Shown here piece after piece: positions 30,001 to 37,330 of a DNA stretch of 37,330 nt (within the stretch, counting starts at the first letter, position 1; every line of letters begins with the position of its first letter). Under the pieces are notes generated by a model that had not been told where the DNA came from, did no database searches, and saw only the letters and a program-made list of their open reading frames with translations. The translations under genes were made by a program, and so were the position numbers. Source of the DNA: a virus (lineage: Duplodnaviria; Caudoviricetes). The DNA is taken from positions 1-37,330 of IMG/VR virus record IMGVR_UViG_3300046011_004283; one strand, written 5' to 3'.

Positions 30001-33000
30001 AGAGATATTGCTGGTAATCGAGTTCCAGATGATACATTACCAACTAAATTGAAATACGGTATTGGATTTAGACCACGCCAAAGTATGTTTATTGACAGGC
30101 TTAATGTACTTAATACTGTTATTACTAATACCAATACGATATTGGCATCTAAGCCATTTACGAGTACTTTAGATTTTACCAATTTGAAATTAGTAGATTT
30201 AGCACCAAGTATGCAATTAAATCAGTACGATACCGTAGTTGATACTATAGCAGACTTGCAAAATGTCAAGATTACTAGATTCATGCAGGCATCATTGTCA
30301 TTGGAATTGACTAATGGTAAAGTTACTGCCGTTAATATCGTTAATCAAGGCTATGGTTACAAGCCTAGTATACCTGTATATACTGACATTAGCGTCACCG
30401 AATATAATTATCAAGGAATCGGTTATAAAGGACCACTGGTAACTGTATCTGGAGATGGCACAGGTGCAGTAATTGAAGTTATAATTGATAAGAATGGTCA
30501 AGTTATATTAGCTAATATTGTTAATAGTGGTAAAAAATACAGTATAGCTAACGCAGTTGTTAGACCGTATGCAGTGCTAGTAAATTCAGATTCAACGGTT
30601 AATGGTTATTGGAGTATATATTCATGGGATTATCGCGGTAAACAATTTAATAGAAGTACTTCACAGGCATTTGATACCACAAAATATTGGACATATGTTG
30701 ATTGGTGGGATATTGAACATGGGACGTTCTCTACGATTGCACACGAAGTACCATCTATGGTTTATATCAACTCGGTAACACCAGAGATTGGTCAATTAGT
30801 ACGGATAAAAGAATATGAATCTGGCGGGTGGGCTGTGTTTGAATGCACCAAAATACCATCGGATGCCGGTATTTTTTCTGATTTCTATAAGATGGTTGGG
30901 CGCGAATCTGGAACAATTGCATTATCTACTAAATTGTATGATCAAAACCAGTTGGGTAATGGGTATGATAGTGTAACATCGTTTGATTCAAACACCTATG
31001 ATATGGATTGTAGCCTTGAATTACGTAATATATTGCGTGCTATAAAAGTAGATATTTGCAAGGATGACAATACAACAGAATGGGGTAATTTATTCTTTAC
31101 TTGCATTCGGGAAGTTTTTGCAGAACAGATGTACGTTGATTGGGCATTCAAAACAAGTTTCTTAACGGCTATTCACAATATCGGACCATTTAAGCAACCA
31201 ACCAATTACAAAAATGATAATTTACACAGTTTCCAAAGTTACATCGATGAGGTAAAACCCTATCGATCAACTATTCGTGAATATATTAGCAGATATAATA
31301 CAATTGAAAACACACCAGTTGCAATATCTGATTTTGATTTGCCTGCTACCTTTATGGATGGGATGATAAAACCAGTAACTGTTAAAAACTGGTATCAAAT
31401 CAACAAATATCCATGGAACTGGTGGGTTAATAATCATACGTATTCTCTAACTGCTATTGTAGTAAATGATGGTGGTGAAGATTATATCCAACCACCAGAA
31501 GTTGTTATAACTGGGACTGGTGTTAATGCGACTGCAAGAGCCTATATTTTCAATGGTTCGGTGACAACTGTTGTTGTTGACAATAACGGATATGGATTTT
31601 TGTCAGCACCATCAATAGAATTGATTGGTGGTAATACACCTGGTTCCAGAAAAGCAACCGCAATCGCAGTTATTGGGGATAGCAAAGCTAGACAATTTGG
31701 TATATCATTGAAATTTGATAGACTATCAAAAACTGGATTGTATGCAGATTTCACAAATGAAGAAACGTTTATTGCCACTGGATTTACTTCAGTCTTTAAA
31801 TTACTTTATATACCAGTAAACGATAAGAGTAAAATTCGTGTTACCATCAATGGCAAACTATTGCTTAATAACGATTACGCGATTGAATTAACGATACCAG
31901 AAGGAAATAAGAACAATCCAACCGGTGGTACTTTAATAATCGAGAATAATCCAGTAGATGGGGATGTAATCACCATATCATATGAGAAGCATGATAGTTT
32001 ATTGGACAGCGTTAATCGTATTGATAAGTATTATCAACCAATTCATGGTATGAAAGGTAATCAATTAACTCAATTGATTACTGGTGTTGATTTTGGTGGA
32101 ATTCAAGTACAGGGAACAACCTTTGATGCGACTGGCGGTTGGGATTCTCAAGATTGGTTTACTGATAATTGGGATAGTGTTGAACGCAGTAATGATTACT
32201 ATTACGTATCTGGTGGTCCAACTCCAACGATTAGCAATCCTTATGTACCAGTTTCCACGGTTACTTTACCGTACATTCCCACGAATGGGCAACACATTAA
32301 CATCTATGTGAAACGTGAATCATGGAACACAATATCGCAATATGCGCTAAAATCATCACCATTTGAAACAATCAACGGATCTATACCTGAAATTGTTCGA
32401 CTCGATGATGTTGCATATACCGACAATTGGGATTCGTCTAGTTCAATAAATCCATATGCACAAATGCCAACATTTATTGGGAATGGTGTAACTGCAACAA
32501 TAGATATTGGTTCATATTTTAAAACTGAATATGGCGATACCTTGATTTTTAGACCAGAGGACAGTGATGGTTCACTAGTTGTTAATGACCCAAATATTTT
32601 AGATACGAATCTTAGTGGTGGATCATTAGAAAGATTAAACAGTGCTTACACAACGGCAACTGGGTTATCTGCAGCTGATATCATCATAGAAGGTGGTCAA
32701 TTTATCAGCCCAGCGCATGTTTCGGCTACCGAAGAAAATGTACCAGGTCAAGTATTAGATGGTCTTAGTATTAAAGTATTTGATACAATCTTCACTGGAA
32801 CAACTCCATTGCATTCAACTGTAGTATTTGGTGATGGTGTGACTAAAACGTATGATATTGGTTTGTCGATTATTGAGTTGACTTCGGTTATCGTGATGGT
32901 AGATAAAGTCAAACTGACGATTGATACCCAGTATAGCATTAACCTGACACAAAATACTGTTACTTTAGTAACACCAGCAGCTATTGGTTCAACTATCGAA

Positions 33001-34746
33001 ATAACTGCAATTGGTGTTGGTGGTGTGTCTATATTAGATTCTAAAGAATTTATCGCTGACGGGAAAGCTACGAAATTCACGACGGCTGCTAAATTCAAAG
33101 ATACTTCTGCCGTTTACGTCACCGTCAATGGTGTTCATACGCCGGTTGGTTTTGGAAGTTCCACAACTAAAAGAACCACTGGAAAAACAGTGATTACGAT
33201 AAACCCAACCCCAGCAGTAACGGCTGTTATTAAAGTGGTTTGTTTTGGTAACATGACTACATCTGAATTTGATAATCCTATTGCTAAGATTAATCAAAAT
33301 AAATTCATTTATACTGATACTAATGAATTTACATTGCAGCTATTTTCGACTGAGCCGTCTACATACCAGTACACACCATTGTTGGTAGATGTTAATGGGG
33401 TGTTATTGACTGGTGTTGACACAACCTATGGTGTATATGACGGTAATACTAATTCGTTTAAGATAGAACGTGGTACTGGATACCCAACACCAAATAACGT
33501 TAAGGTGTATGTTAATAACCAATTGAAAGATTTCTTGATTGATTATACATTCAACGAATCGCTAACCGTTGTGACAATTGACGATCTATCGATTGGAGAT
33601 ACTATCATTATTGAGAATAATTCAATTGCTGACTATACAGTGCACGGTAATTTATTATCCATAAACGATGGTATTTTATCAACGGGTGATGTAATAAATG
33701 CGGTTTGGTTTACACAATATCAAGCAATGAAACTCATAACAGATGAGCATGTTGGCGGTAAATCTAGTTATTTGTTAGCAATCAAACCGATAGATACTAG
33801 TTATGTATGGGTTTACGTGAATGGTAATAAATTAACACCGACTGTCGATTACTATCTATCGGATGATCGAACCAGAGTGTATCTCAATAAGCAAACCATC
33901 GCCACTGACACTGTAAAGGTTGTTGTGTTTGGTGCTAAAATTTGTACAACAAAAGCGTATGAGATATCCAAAGATATGCTAAACGTGTACCGATATAACA
34001 GATACTCCGCTAATTCGGTAAAATTGGCAGGTGACTTGAATTATTATGACACTGAACTTAGCGTCACGGATTCCACTGATTTGTACGTACCAAATCCAGT
34101 TAGAAATAAACCTGGTATTGTATCAATCAACGGTGAACGTATCGAGTATTTTGAAATGACTGGAAATGTGTTATCAAAATTAAGACGCGGATGTTATGGC
34201 ACTGCTATTGCAACTATACATCAAGCAGATTCATATGTAGTTAATGTTAGTGATTCTGAGAGAGTTCCGTATAACGAAACTGAATATAAAGAGACTGTTT
34301 CAATTCCTGATAATGATTCAAGTTTAGAAGTAGGACCGTTGTCATTCACGCCAATTAAATCAACGAGAACTAACTGGGCACCCGGTCAATTCCCAGAACA
34401 TTACGGTCCATGTGATCAGATTGAAGTATTCTTTAATGGTAAACGATTACGCAAAAACCCTATAATGGTTTATAACGAGGTAAATGGGATTTCAAGTCCA
34501 GTAGCTGATGTGATGGAAGATGCTGAGTTTGCAGTTAATGGAACTGATGATTATATCTTGTTATCAAGATCAGTTACCGAAAATATTCCAGCTGATACTA
34601 TTGTAAACATTGCGGTATATCGTAGAGTTGGTAAAGTTTGGTATGAGCAATCGTTATCAACGGCAAGTACTGGTATTACGTTATTAGATAATAACACACC
34701 AATGGCCAAATTCATATCAGAAAAAACCACGGTCGTATCTGGCTAA
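21097..34746 (+). CDS. Giant 4549-aa baseplate/structural protein (gp7-like position) with carbohydrate-binding-like modules and an FG-GAP beta-propeller
   Basis: Follows gp6; LLP.VFKT..N.KF start; DKFINYREYFW; YIDEVKPYRS.IREY; six FG....A.......LVVG-type repeats at 27870-29070. Confidence 0.8.
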   Translation: MTDQFYPESQLPIRTTVDLLPGVFKTDTNSKFMSAVVDPLVQPGLLQKAVGYIGKRYGKTYNGSDTYLDSDNTLRSRYQLEPGVVLTNGDKIENFHDYIDLKNQLKFFGNAIERDDLVMSQEHYSWNPPINWDKFINYREYFWEPAGPLAVPVNGRGATVVSEYNVTAGADSFVFSPSSMVIDVKNNPTITLYRGQTYKFNVSTPNDSFIIRTQYDTGSMLYNPVLAYEQNQLAVYENQLIRAKIRIISSGTRTEPDLINDWEFVRFMYQTAMNDYVAGNAYGIGDTVVYSNSLWEATNDISTSEISIPVTGSTDWRFVGYVLKAATLEYSTGVVNNGTSSGIVVFEVSYDAPDVLFYQSPLDPNKFGKFIIESISENTTLDVDAEIVGLKNYTSNNGVVFTNGLVIEFRGTVKPEKYSHDTWLVSGVGSSISLLKFSDLITAKVSTVVPDVLFDNEGFDTQPFDNAAAYPNVQDYITISQSSIDSNSWSRYNRWFHRSVLEYSCALRGQEYSAPESYRAKRPIIEFVSNLKLHNHGSTAKKPVDFVDTSTTDVFSIIEGSAGYQIDNEVLFNGARILVTADTDNLVNNKIYEVQLLTFNHNTQIVTDTTSTIIPQIHLVEVDDSLPYVDQCVLIKHGKRYGGSMFHFNGTNWVLSQEKTAVNQAPLFDVYDENEISFSNTEYYPVSTFAGSKILSYKVGNGRLDTQLGFSLSYLNIGNVGDIQFDWNFGTDAFTYDVNRDVISKKIETGYYKITNVGLEYGNGWIKTKDTYIQPIIDSQKIKEPTYDLTFTSIDFASVPVADMIIRLFVNGKSYNGDYLREGDVFTFPVQFAVGDVVSIKIISKVDPKTGYYEIPVGLEKNPLNQVLESFTLGQADDHINTAVEFFTGFTGTIPGVSNLRDLDEYQPYATRFLKHSGIAPLASYLLCDKTYNIVKSLQYAKKMYTEFKNNFIERASYVSTSNAIDAVDSIVTSLASTKTVDSAFAYSDMIGSGAYTPIRYTVEDTGIKTYALSKKFNLTELSNSAVYVYIHRIGSNGFTVNQLINTVDYKFNDVFGYITLLIELFEGDVVEIREYLSTAVNYIPATPTSIGLHKKYTPMKFLDDTYAIPRMVIQGHDGSITAAYEDYRDDILLELELRIYNNIKQEYDTNIFDIDEVLGGYYNTGLYTKDELDLVIKPEFYKWNAQAQLNYTENSWFDETNTFTYNYSRMTDPLNSTELPGYWRGVYQWFYDTDRPHRCPWEMLGFSEKPEWWESEYGPAPYTSDNLLLWEDLRDGIIRQGSSSGYNARYKRPTLLEHIPVDSTGTLLSPLNSRLAHEFNIYTTRDSYVFGDVSPVEYAWRSSSDWPFVISIAMCLLKPFEYISDKIDVSRTRTNLIGQKVHDSSGVFATLSDLVLPSNDNQSCGLITYLVDHAKSKVIDPAIIGVNINNLDVKLSTRLSGFVVTDQQKYILDSKTGNTTGGVFVPPENYDIIFNVSSPIRTLTYSGVIITKSDMGWVVSGYNTNHQYFNYYEALASSKDPYLTITPQNTDQIISVGGVSASYTDWEPNIVYANGQIVRYDQHFYRALKTNSSTTFNDEHNYWKLLSNLPITGEVVARNRKSFNRFTVKTMLYGTTLSSIQEVVDFLLGYEVYLKSIGFVFDGYDSDSRVAINWSTSCKEFMFWTKHNWATGSLISLSPISSRIEINMNGGVVENLTDGFYDYEVLKSNGQVFPIDKLSVTRTFQKIVITPDSKTDGIYYLNMYCVLKEHVTVFSDRTVFNDVIYDKTTGYRQNRIKSTGYRTVDWDGDYTSPGFLFDNVSIVAWQPYADYKLGDIVAYRSTNWTCIKHHTSTSIFDNAVWTKLDSTPTKQLVSNFDYKINQFDEFYDTSAEGIGASQRELARHAIGYQTREYLQELAEDPVTQFQLYQGFIREKGTINAVNKVIDKLSRSGDSSIVLNEEWAFRVGQFGGVDTVTEFEFGIEKNKLVLNPQPITITNDTTASDYEYRINESNFTLAPSNVYAGINKMSYDVEPTRTAGYVKSDHVSHTVKTFDDILSLDITSMVDNDHIWVTFYQYTWNVYRFNDTNLRVLDVVQSDNTVNFVLSSRHGFKVGDIFGVRPLGSSSAFSGFFKVVNTSWNSVSVDSADVLVIPTLSVNKPIYACTIKQSRYKSYSAIDDVYAAGLSDGSRLWIDLNDNKQWEVIQKKDQFITHNPVNYGPVAPVGVGRTVIYADKLKNVITSVPGSDRIVVHSYGSAGLTYEQSIVLPAELTERLNGSFGYSMAVSPDNRFLVVGSPLASNVPSKYKGEYDETSIYIVGELVTYNGKLWELSFDQILPEYVSMVDDGELIGQLGTNTMESGMWTVATNNFVASAAVYNSDYIDQGMVSIYEYTENDWKYITSFVSQDLDHTTKFGESVAIGAIQDGYLLAISAVIQADDSTQSSKRGVVYTYQYINSSWSIQTDYTSPDNNTQPDTFGRTLAISADSSVLVIGDPTANNTVSCGAVYVYDMVNVSVDAIWAPDSVSGDNFGYAIALDSTGSTLVVTSPNADSTIIDQGKAYVFTKTGSNFELSQTIESFEYVTNEQFGSSVSIYGSKLVVGARNSNYVTYDGFDVSFDGNRTKFYSDHGYAGAVYVFEYKGDGYLLTSELKPLLKPYESFGFSIACTSNAIFVGSPTYTLDENIPATGMLRGFVETAITGAWDVIAKQSSVVDTSNIKGISLYDNVNSLKIQDIDYVDNSKLKILNFADQEITYKTLYDPAVYTIGTNDEIQIIEPTQAWADKFVGMLWWDISKSKWNYAEQGDLSYRVGHWNTQVVGSSVEVYEWVKTTLLPSEWADVADTNEGISAGISGQPMYPDDTVMSVKELYHPITGVVTDTYYYYWVKNKSNVPENVVGRRISALNVSTAISNPIGTGVAFVGLCDDNSVLAYNFSSILTTETALLNLSYFKNTDKQIPIHNEYQLLSAGNDISDISTQLEAKWIDSLIGRDIAGNRVPDDTLPTKLKYGIGFRPRQSMFIDRLNVLNTVITNTNTILASKPFTSTLDFTNLKLVDLAPSMQLNQYDTVVDTIADLQNVKITRFMQASLSLELTNGKVTAVNIVNQGYGYKPSIPVYTDISVTEYNYQGIGYKGPLVTVSGDGTGAVIEVIIDKNGQVILANIVNSGKKYSIANAVVRPYAVLVNSDSTVNGYWSIYSWDYRGKQFNRSTSQAFDTTKYWTYVDWWDIEHGTFSTIAHEVPSMVYINSVTPEIGQLVRIKEYESGGWAVFECTKIPSDAGIFSDFYKMVGRESGTIALSTKLYDQNQLGNGYDSVTSFDSNTYDMDCSLELRNILRAIKVDICKDDNTTEWGNLFFTCIREVFAEQMYVDWAFKTSFLTAIHNIGPFKQPTNYKNDNLHSFQSYIDEVKPYRSTIREYISRYNTIENTPVAISDFDLPATFMDGMIKPVTVKNWYQINKYPWNWWVNNHTYSLTAIVVNDGGEDYIQPPEVVITGTGVNATARAYIFNGSVTTVVVDNNGYGFLSAPSIELIGGNTPGSRKATAIAVIGDSKARQFGISLKFDRLSKTGLYADFTNEETFIATGFTSVFKLLYIPVNDKSKIRVTINGKLLLNNDYAIELTIPEGNKNNPTGGTLIIENNPVDGDVITISYEKHDSLLDSVNRIDKYYQPIHGMKGNQLTQLITGVDFGGIQVQGTTFDATGGWDSQDWFTDNWDSVERSNDYYYVSGGPTPTISNPYVPVSTVTLPYIPTNGQHINIYVKRESWNTISQYALKSSPFETINGSIPEIVRLDDVAYTDNWDSSSSINPYAQMPTFIGNGVTATIDIGSYFKTEYGDTLIFRPEDSDGSLVVNDPNILDTNLSGGSLERLNSAYTTATGLSAADIIIEGGQFISPAHVSATEENVPGQVLDGLSIKVFDTIFTGTTPLHSTVVFGDGVTKTYDIGLSIIELTSVIVMVDKVKLTIDTQYSINLTQNTVTLVTPAAIGSTIEITAIGVGGVSILDSKEFIADGKATKFTTAAKFKDTSAVYVTVNGVHTPVGFGSSTTKRTTGKTVITINPTPAVTAVIKVVCFGNMTTSEFDNPIAKINQNKFIYTDTNEFTLQLFSTEPSTYQYTPLLVDVNGVLLTGVDTTYGVYDGNTNSFKIERGTGYPTPNNVKVYVNNQLKDFLIDYTFNESLTVVTIDDLSIGDTIIIENNSIADYTVHGNLLSINDGILSTGDVINAVWFTQYQAMKLITDEHVGGKSSYLLAIKPIDTSYVWVYVNGNKLTPTVDYYLSDDRTRVYLNKQTIATDTVKVVVFGAKICTTKAYEISKDMLNVYRYNRYSANSVKLAGDLNYYDTELSVTDSTDLYVPNPVRNKPGIVSINGERIEYFEMTGNVLSKLRRGCYGTAIATIHQADSYVVNVSDSERVPYNETEYKETVSIPDNDSSLEVGPLSFTPIKSTRTNWAPGQFPEHYGPCDQIEVFFNGKRLRKNPIMVYNEVNGISSPVADVMEDAEFAVNGTDDYILLSRSVTENIPADTIVNIAVYRRVGKVWYEQSLSTASTGITLLDNNTPMAKFISEKTTVVSG

Positions 34747-34772
34747 ATACCAGATAATAACTACAGGGTTTA

Positions 34773-34904
34773 ATGATGGAAGAAGAAAACATCTACGAAC
34801 AACAATCGGATACTCCAGATGAAAAGAGTGGCTTTCATATTGAAGGCCACATCAAAATATTCGATCCAGAATCTGATGAAGTATACGTATCAGCCCGTGC
34901 ATAA
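34773..34904 (+). CDS. 43-aa micro-protein homologous to the N-terminus of the next gene
   Basis: MMEEENIYEQQSDTPDEKSGFHIEGHIKIFDPESDEVYVSARA*; late-type CTAAATA at 34743-34749; below the ORF-track cutoff. Confidence 0.7.
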   Translation: MMEEENIYEQQSDTPDEKSGFHIEGHIKIFDPESDEVYVSARA

Positions 34905-34922
34905 ACGGAAAGTAAACAATTA

Positions 34923-35534
34923 ATGGTATTAACTCGAATGAAAGCTAATTTTAAAATAACTGGTCATATTAAAATATATGATCCAGTAAACTCTGAGGTG
35001 TTTGAAGACAAGGATAACGCCATACATTATGAAAATATTAGTATAGCAATGGCTAATAGTTTGATAAATGGTGGACTTGGTATAGATTCTATGGCATTTG
35101 GTACTGGTGGGACTTTAGTAGATCCAACTGGTCTTATTACCTATTTGACCCCAAATACGGTAGGAGTTAACTGCAGTCTATACAATCAAACATATTCTAA
35201 GGTTGTTGACCAAACGAATATTGCAAATACAGACCCGGTTCGTAATAAAATGGAAGTTCGCCATATCAGTGGAGCTACGTTCAGTGATATTTTAGTATCC
35301 TGTTTGCTAGATTACGGTGAACCATCAAATCAAGAAGCATTTGATAACAGCGTAGATATGGCTGGTAACTTCGTGTTTGATGAGTTGGGATTGATTGCAA
35401 TAAATCCAGACGGGAGTTCTAAGCTATTAACTCATGTTATTTTCCACCCAGTACAGAAATCGTTAAATCGCTTGTTGCAAATTGATTATACAATTCGAAT
35501 TCAAAGTTTAACTGGATTAACTGAGGTAGCATAA
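34923..35534 (+). CDS. Conserved tail/baseplate structural protein
   Basis: GHIKIYDP...KDNAIH, MAFGTGG, FVFDELGL and THVIFHPVQKS.NR.....YT.R.Q motifs; operon context. Confidence 0.7.
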   Translation: MVLTRMKANFKITGHIKIYDPVNSEVFEDKDNAIHYENISIAMANSLINGGLGIDSMAFGTGGTLVDPTGLITYLTPNTVGVNCSLYNQTYSKVVDQTNIANTDPVRNKMEVRHISGATFSDILVSCLLDYGEPSNQEAFDNSVDMAGNFVFDELGLIAINPDGSSKLLTHVIFHPVQKSLNRLLQIDYTIRIQSLTGLTEVA

Positions 35535-37189
35535 TGACATATAACGTAGATTACAGCGATGCATCGAAAGATTCAATTCCCGTATACGATAACACATTAA
35601 ACCAGGATACTAGTTTAAGATACCCTGGTAGAAGTTACCCGAGCTACGGTAAATATATCGCCGATAACTTCTTGCATTTGTTAGAGAACTTTGCAAGTGA
35701 CATTCCACCAACCAACCCAGTAGAAGGGCAGTTATGGTATGATAGTGATAACGGATATTTAAAGATTTGGGATAATACTAACTGGCAAGCTGCTAGTAAT
35801 ATAAGCAAAAACTCAAATAGACCCGATGTCAACACTGCCAAGTCTGGTGAATTATGGATTGACATGTCAAACCAACAACTCAACATATTTAATGGTACAG
35901 ATTGGGTACTAATTGGTCCGAGTGTAAGTACACAAGATGGTAGAGTATATGGAACCATTGTTGAAAATGTCAAAGATACTGATAATGTTGAACGATATAT
36001 CGTAACAGTATACATTGCAGGTATACCGATTGCTATTATCAGCAAAGATACGTTCACGCCAAATCCAAAAATTATAGGATATGACCAACTATCGTCTGGT
36101 ATTAACTTGAATACCGGTGAAGATATATCTAATTTCTTCGGTGATGTAAAACCTCAATTAATTGGAACTGCAACCACTGCTAGTGCATTATCGGTTAATG
36201 GTTTTACGATCCCCGCAACCAAATTCTTACGATCTGATATCATTAGTACAACTGACAATGCTATTAATATCAGACATGATAGCGGAATTACGATTGGTGC
36301 AGATTTGGATTTTAGTATTTCATACACGACAAGTGCTGCAAAGTTATACAATACCGTTTCCGGTAGTGGTATTGAATTGCAAACGAAAAATGCTATTACT
36401 GGATTACCAAATTCAACATTAAAGATACTGAATGATAAAGTCACTATTAACACCGACTTGAATATTACTGGTAGTGCTACACTAGCTGGTAAATTACTGG
36501 TTAATGACACCAACAATGATAGTATTAAAACTTATGGTGGAATGGACGTCAAGAAAACTATCACGGCTCGTGGAGATTTATCAGTAACTGGACTAACCAC
36601 AGTTAGTAGCAATGTTATACCAGCGTCATCTGATACAATCACTCTAGGTAGTTCAGGTAATAGATGGAAGTCAATCTATGTAAAATCGTTATTTGTTGAT
36701 GAATTAACAGCAACAAATGCAACATCAGCCACTAAATTAGCAAACACCACCAATTTCAGTATTGATGGTGATGTTACCTCGACATCTGATGTTATATTCG
36801 ACGGTAATGGAACTGCTAAAAAATTCACTACCAAAATCAACAAATCTGCAATTACTGGACAAACCGAATCAAACACTGCGGATAATACCGATATGATATT
36901 GGTGTATCAAGGAACTGCATTGAAAAAGATGCAACGCGGTACGTTTTTGACAGGAATTATCCCGACTGGGACTATTTTACCGTATGCTGGTTTGAATTCA
37001 CCAAGTGGCGATGTGTATTTACTATGCGATGGGCGTGAAGTTGACCAAGTAACATACCCAGACCTATATAATATCATATCAAATACGTATGGTACAGCAG
37101 CAACTGGTAAGTTCAAATTACCAAATTTACGTGCAGTTGTTACACCAACAACTATAGTATCATCAGTAAGTTACATTATCAAAACATAA
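35534..37189 (+). CDS. Tail fibre protein with C-terminal collar domain
   Basis: NFLHLLENFA...P.NPVEGQLWYD N-terminus; collar motif PTGTILPYAG...YLLCDG.......YPDLY..I...YG......FKLPNLR. Confidence 0.85.
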   Translation: MTYNVDYSDASKDSIPVYDNTLNQDTSLRYPGRSYPSYGKYIADNFLHLLENFASDIPPTNPVEGQLWYDSDNGYLKIWDNTNWQAASNISKNSNRPDVNTAKSGELWIDMSNQQLNIFNGTDWVLIGPSVSTQDGRVYGTIVENVKDTDNVERYIVTVYIAGIPIAIISKDTFTPNPKIIGYDQLSSGINLNTGEDISNFFGDVKPQLIGTATTASALSVNGFTIPATKFLRSDIISTTDNAINIRHDSGITIGADLDFSISYTTSAAKLYNTVSGSGIELQTKNAITGLPNSTLKILNDKVTINTDLNITGSATLAGKLLVNDTNNDSIKTYGGMDVKKTITARGDLSVTGLTTVSSNVIPASSDTITLGSSGNRWKSIYVKSLFVDELTATNATSATKLANTTNFSIDGDVTSTSDVIFDGNGTAKKFTTKINKSAITGQTESNTADNTDMILVYQGTALKKMQRGTFLTGIIPTGTILPYAGLNSPSGDVYLLCDGREVDQVTYPDLYNIISNTYGTAATGKFKLPNLRAVVTPTTIVSSVSYIIKT

Positions 37190-37200
37190 CAGGTATTAAA

Positions 37201-37330
37201 ATGTCATATATTATCCACAAATCGGACAATAAAACAAAACTAGCTGAAGTACCTGATGGTTCCATCGATCAGCTTACTACAGATATAACGTTGATCGGAA
37301 AGAACTATTCAGGATTTGGTCAAGTATTAA
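37201..37330 (+). CDS. N-terminus of a second, paralogous tail fibre (truncated by window end)
   Basis: MSYIIHKSDNKTKLAEVPDGSIDQLTTDITLIGKNYSGFGQVL aligns with VYDNTLNQDTSLRYPGRSYPSYG of the preceding gene. Confidence 0.75.
   Translation, partial: MSYIIHKSDNKTKLAEVPDGSIDQLTTDITLIGKNYSGFGQVL

Noticed and set aside
217-37116. Numerous 60-137 aa antisense or alternate-frame ORFs (e.g. 4220-4483, 5375-5662, 9647-9862, 32748-33098, 35644-36057)
   Set aside because: They lie within or largely overlap well-supported genes and have no recognisable motifs; shadow ORFs
1-37330. tRNA, tmRNA, group I/II introns or inteins
   Set aside because: No cloverleaf, domain-V or intein terminal motifs recognised; core genes are uninterrupted

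Overview
AT-rich segment of a large T4-like (myovirus) phage genome in standard genetic code. Bases 1-11.8 kb, mostly on the minus strand, hold an 865-aa internally duplicated protein, a ~1.45-kb non-coding region, RNase HI, a Holliday-junction-resolvase-like nuclease, an ADP-ribosyltransferase-like protein, two tandem DUF1566/C-type-lectin genes, gp46/gp47 (Rad50/Mre11-like) with a Vsr-like endonuclease between them, and a gp55-like late sigma factor. Bases 11.8-37.3 kb, on the plus strand, are a baseplate/tail operon (gp48/54-, gp53-, hub-, gp5-, gp25-, gp6-like, a 4549-aa gp7-like protein, tail fibres). The best leads are: (1) a promoter-driven, helix-dense ~600-nt candidate ncRNA between RNase HI and an AT-rich iteron block, possibly an RNA-primed origin; (2) two small lectin-fold genes with the codon signature of DGR variable regions but no RT or template repeat in the window; (3) a 12-bp motif, CTAAAAGATAAT, in 12 exact copies at promoters, stop codons and the repeat block; (4) a 48-bp single-hairpin IS200/IS605-type insertion with a reconstructable empty site; (5) a 43-aa micro-ORF that copies the N-terminus of the in-frame downstream gene. 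All family calls come from motif recognition by eye, not database searches.
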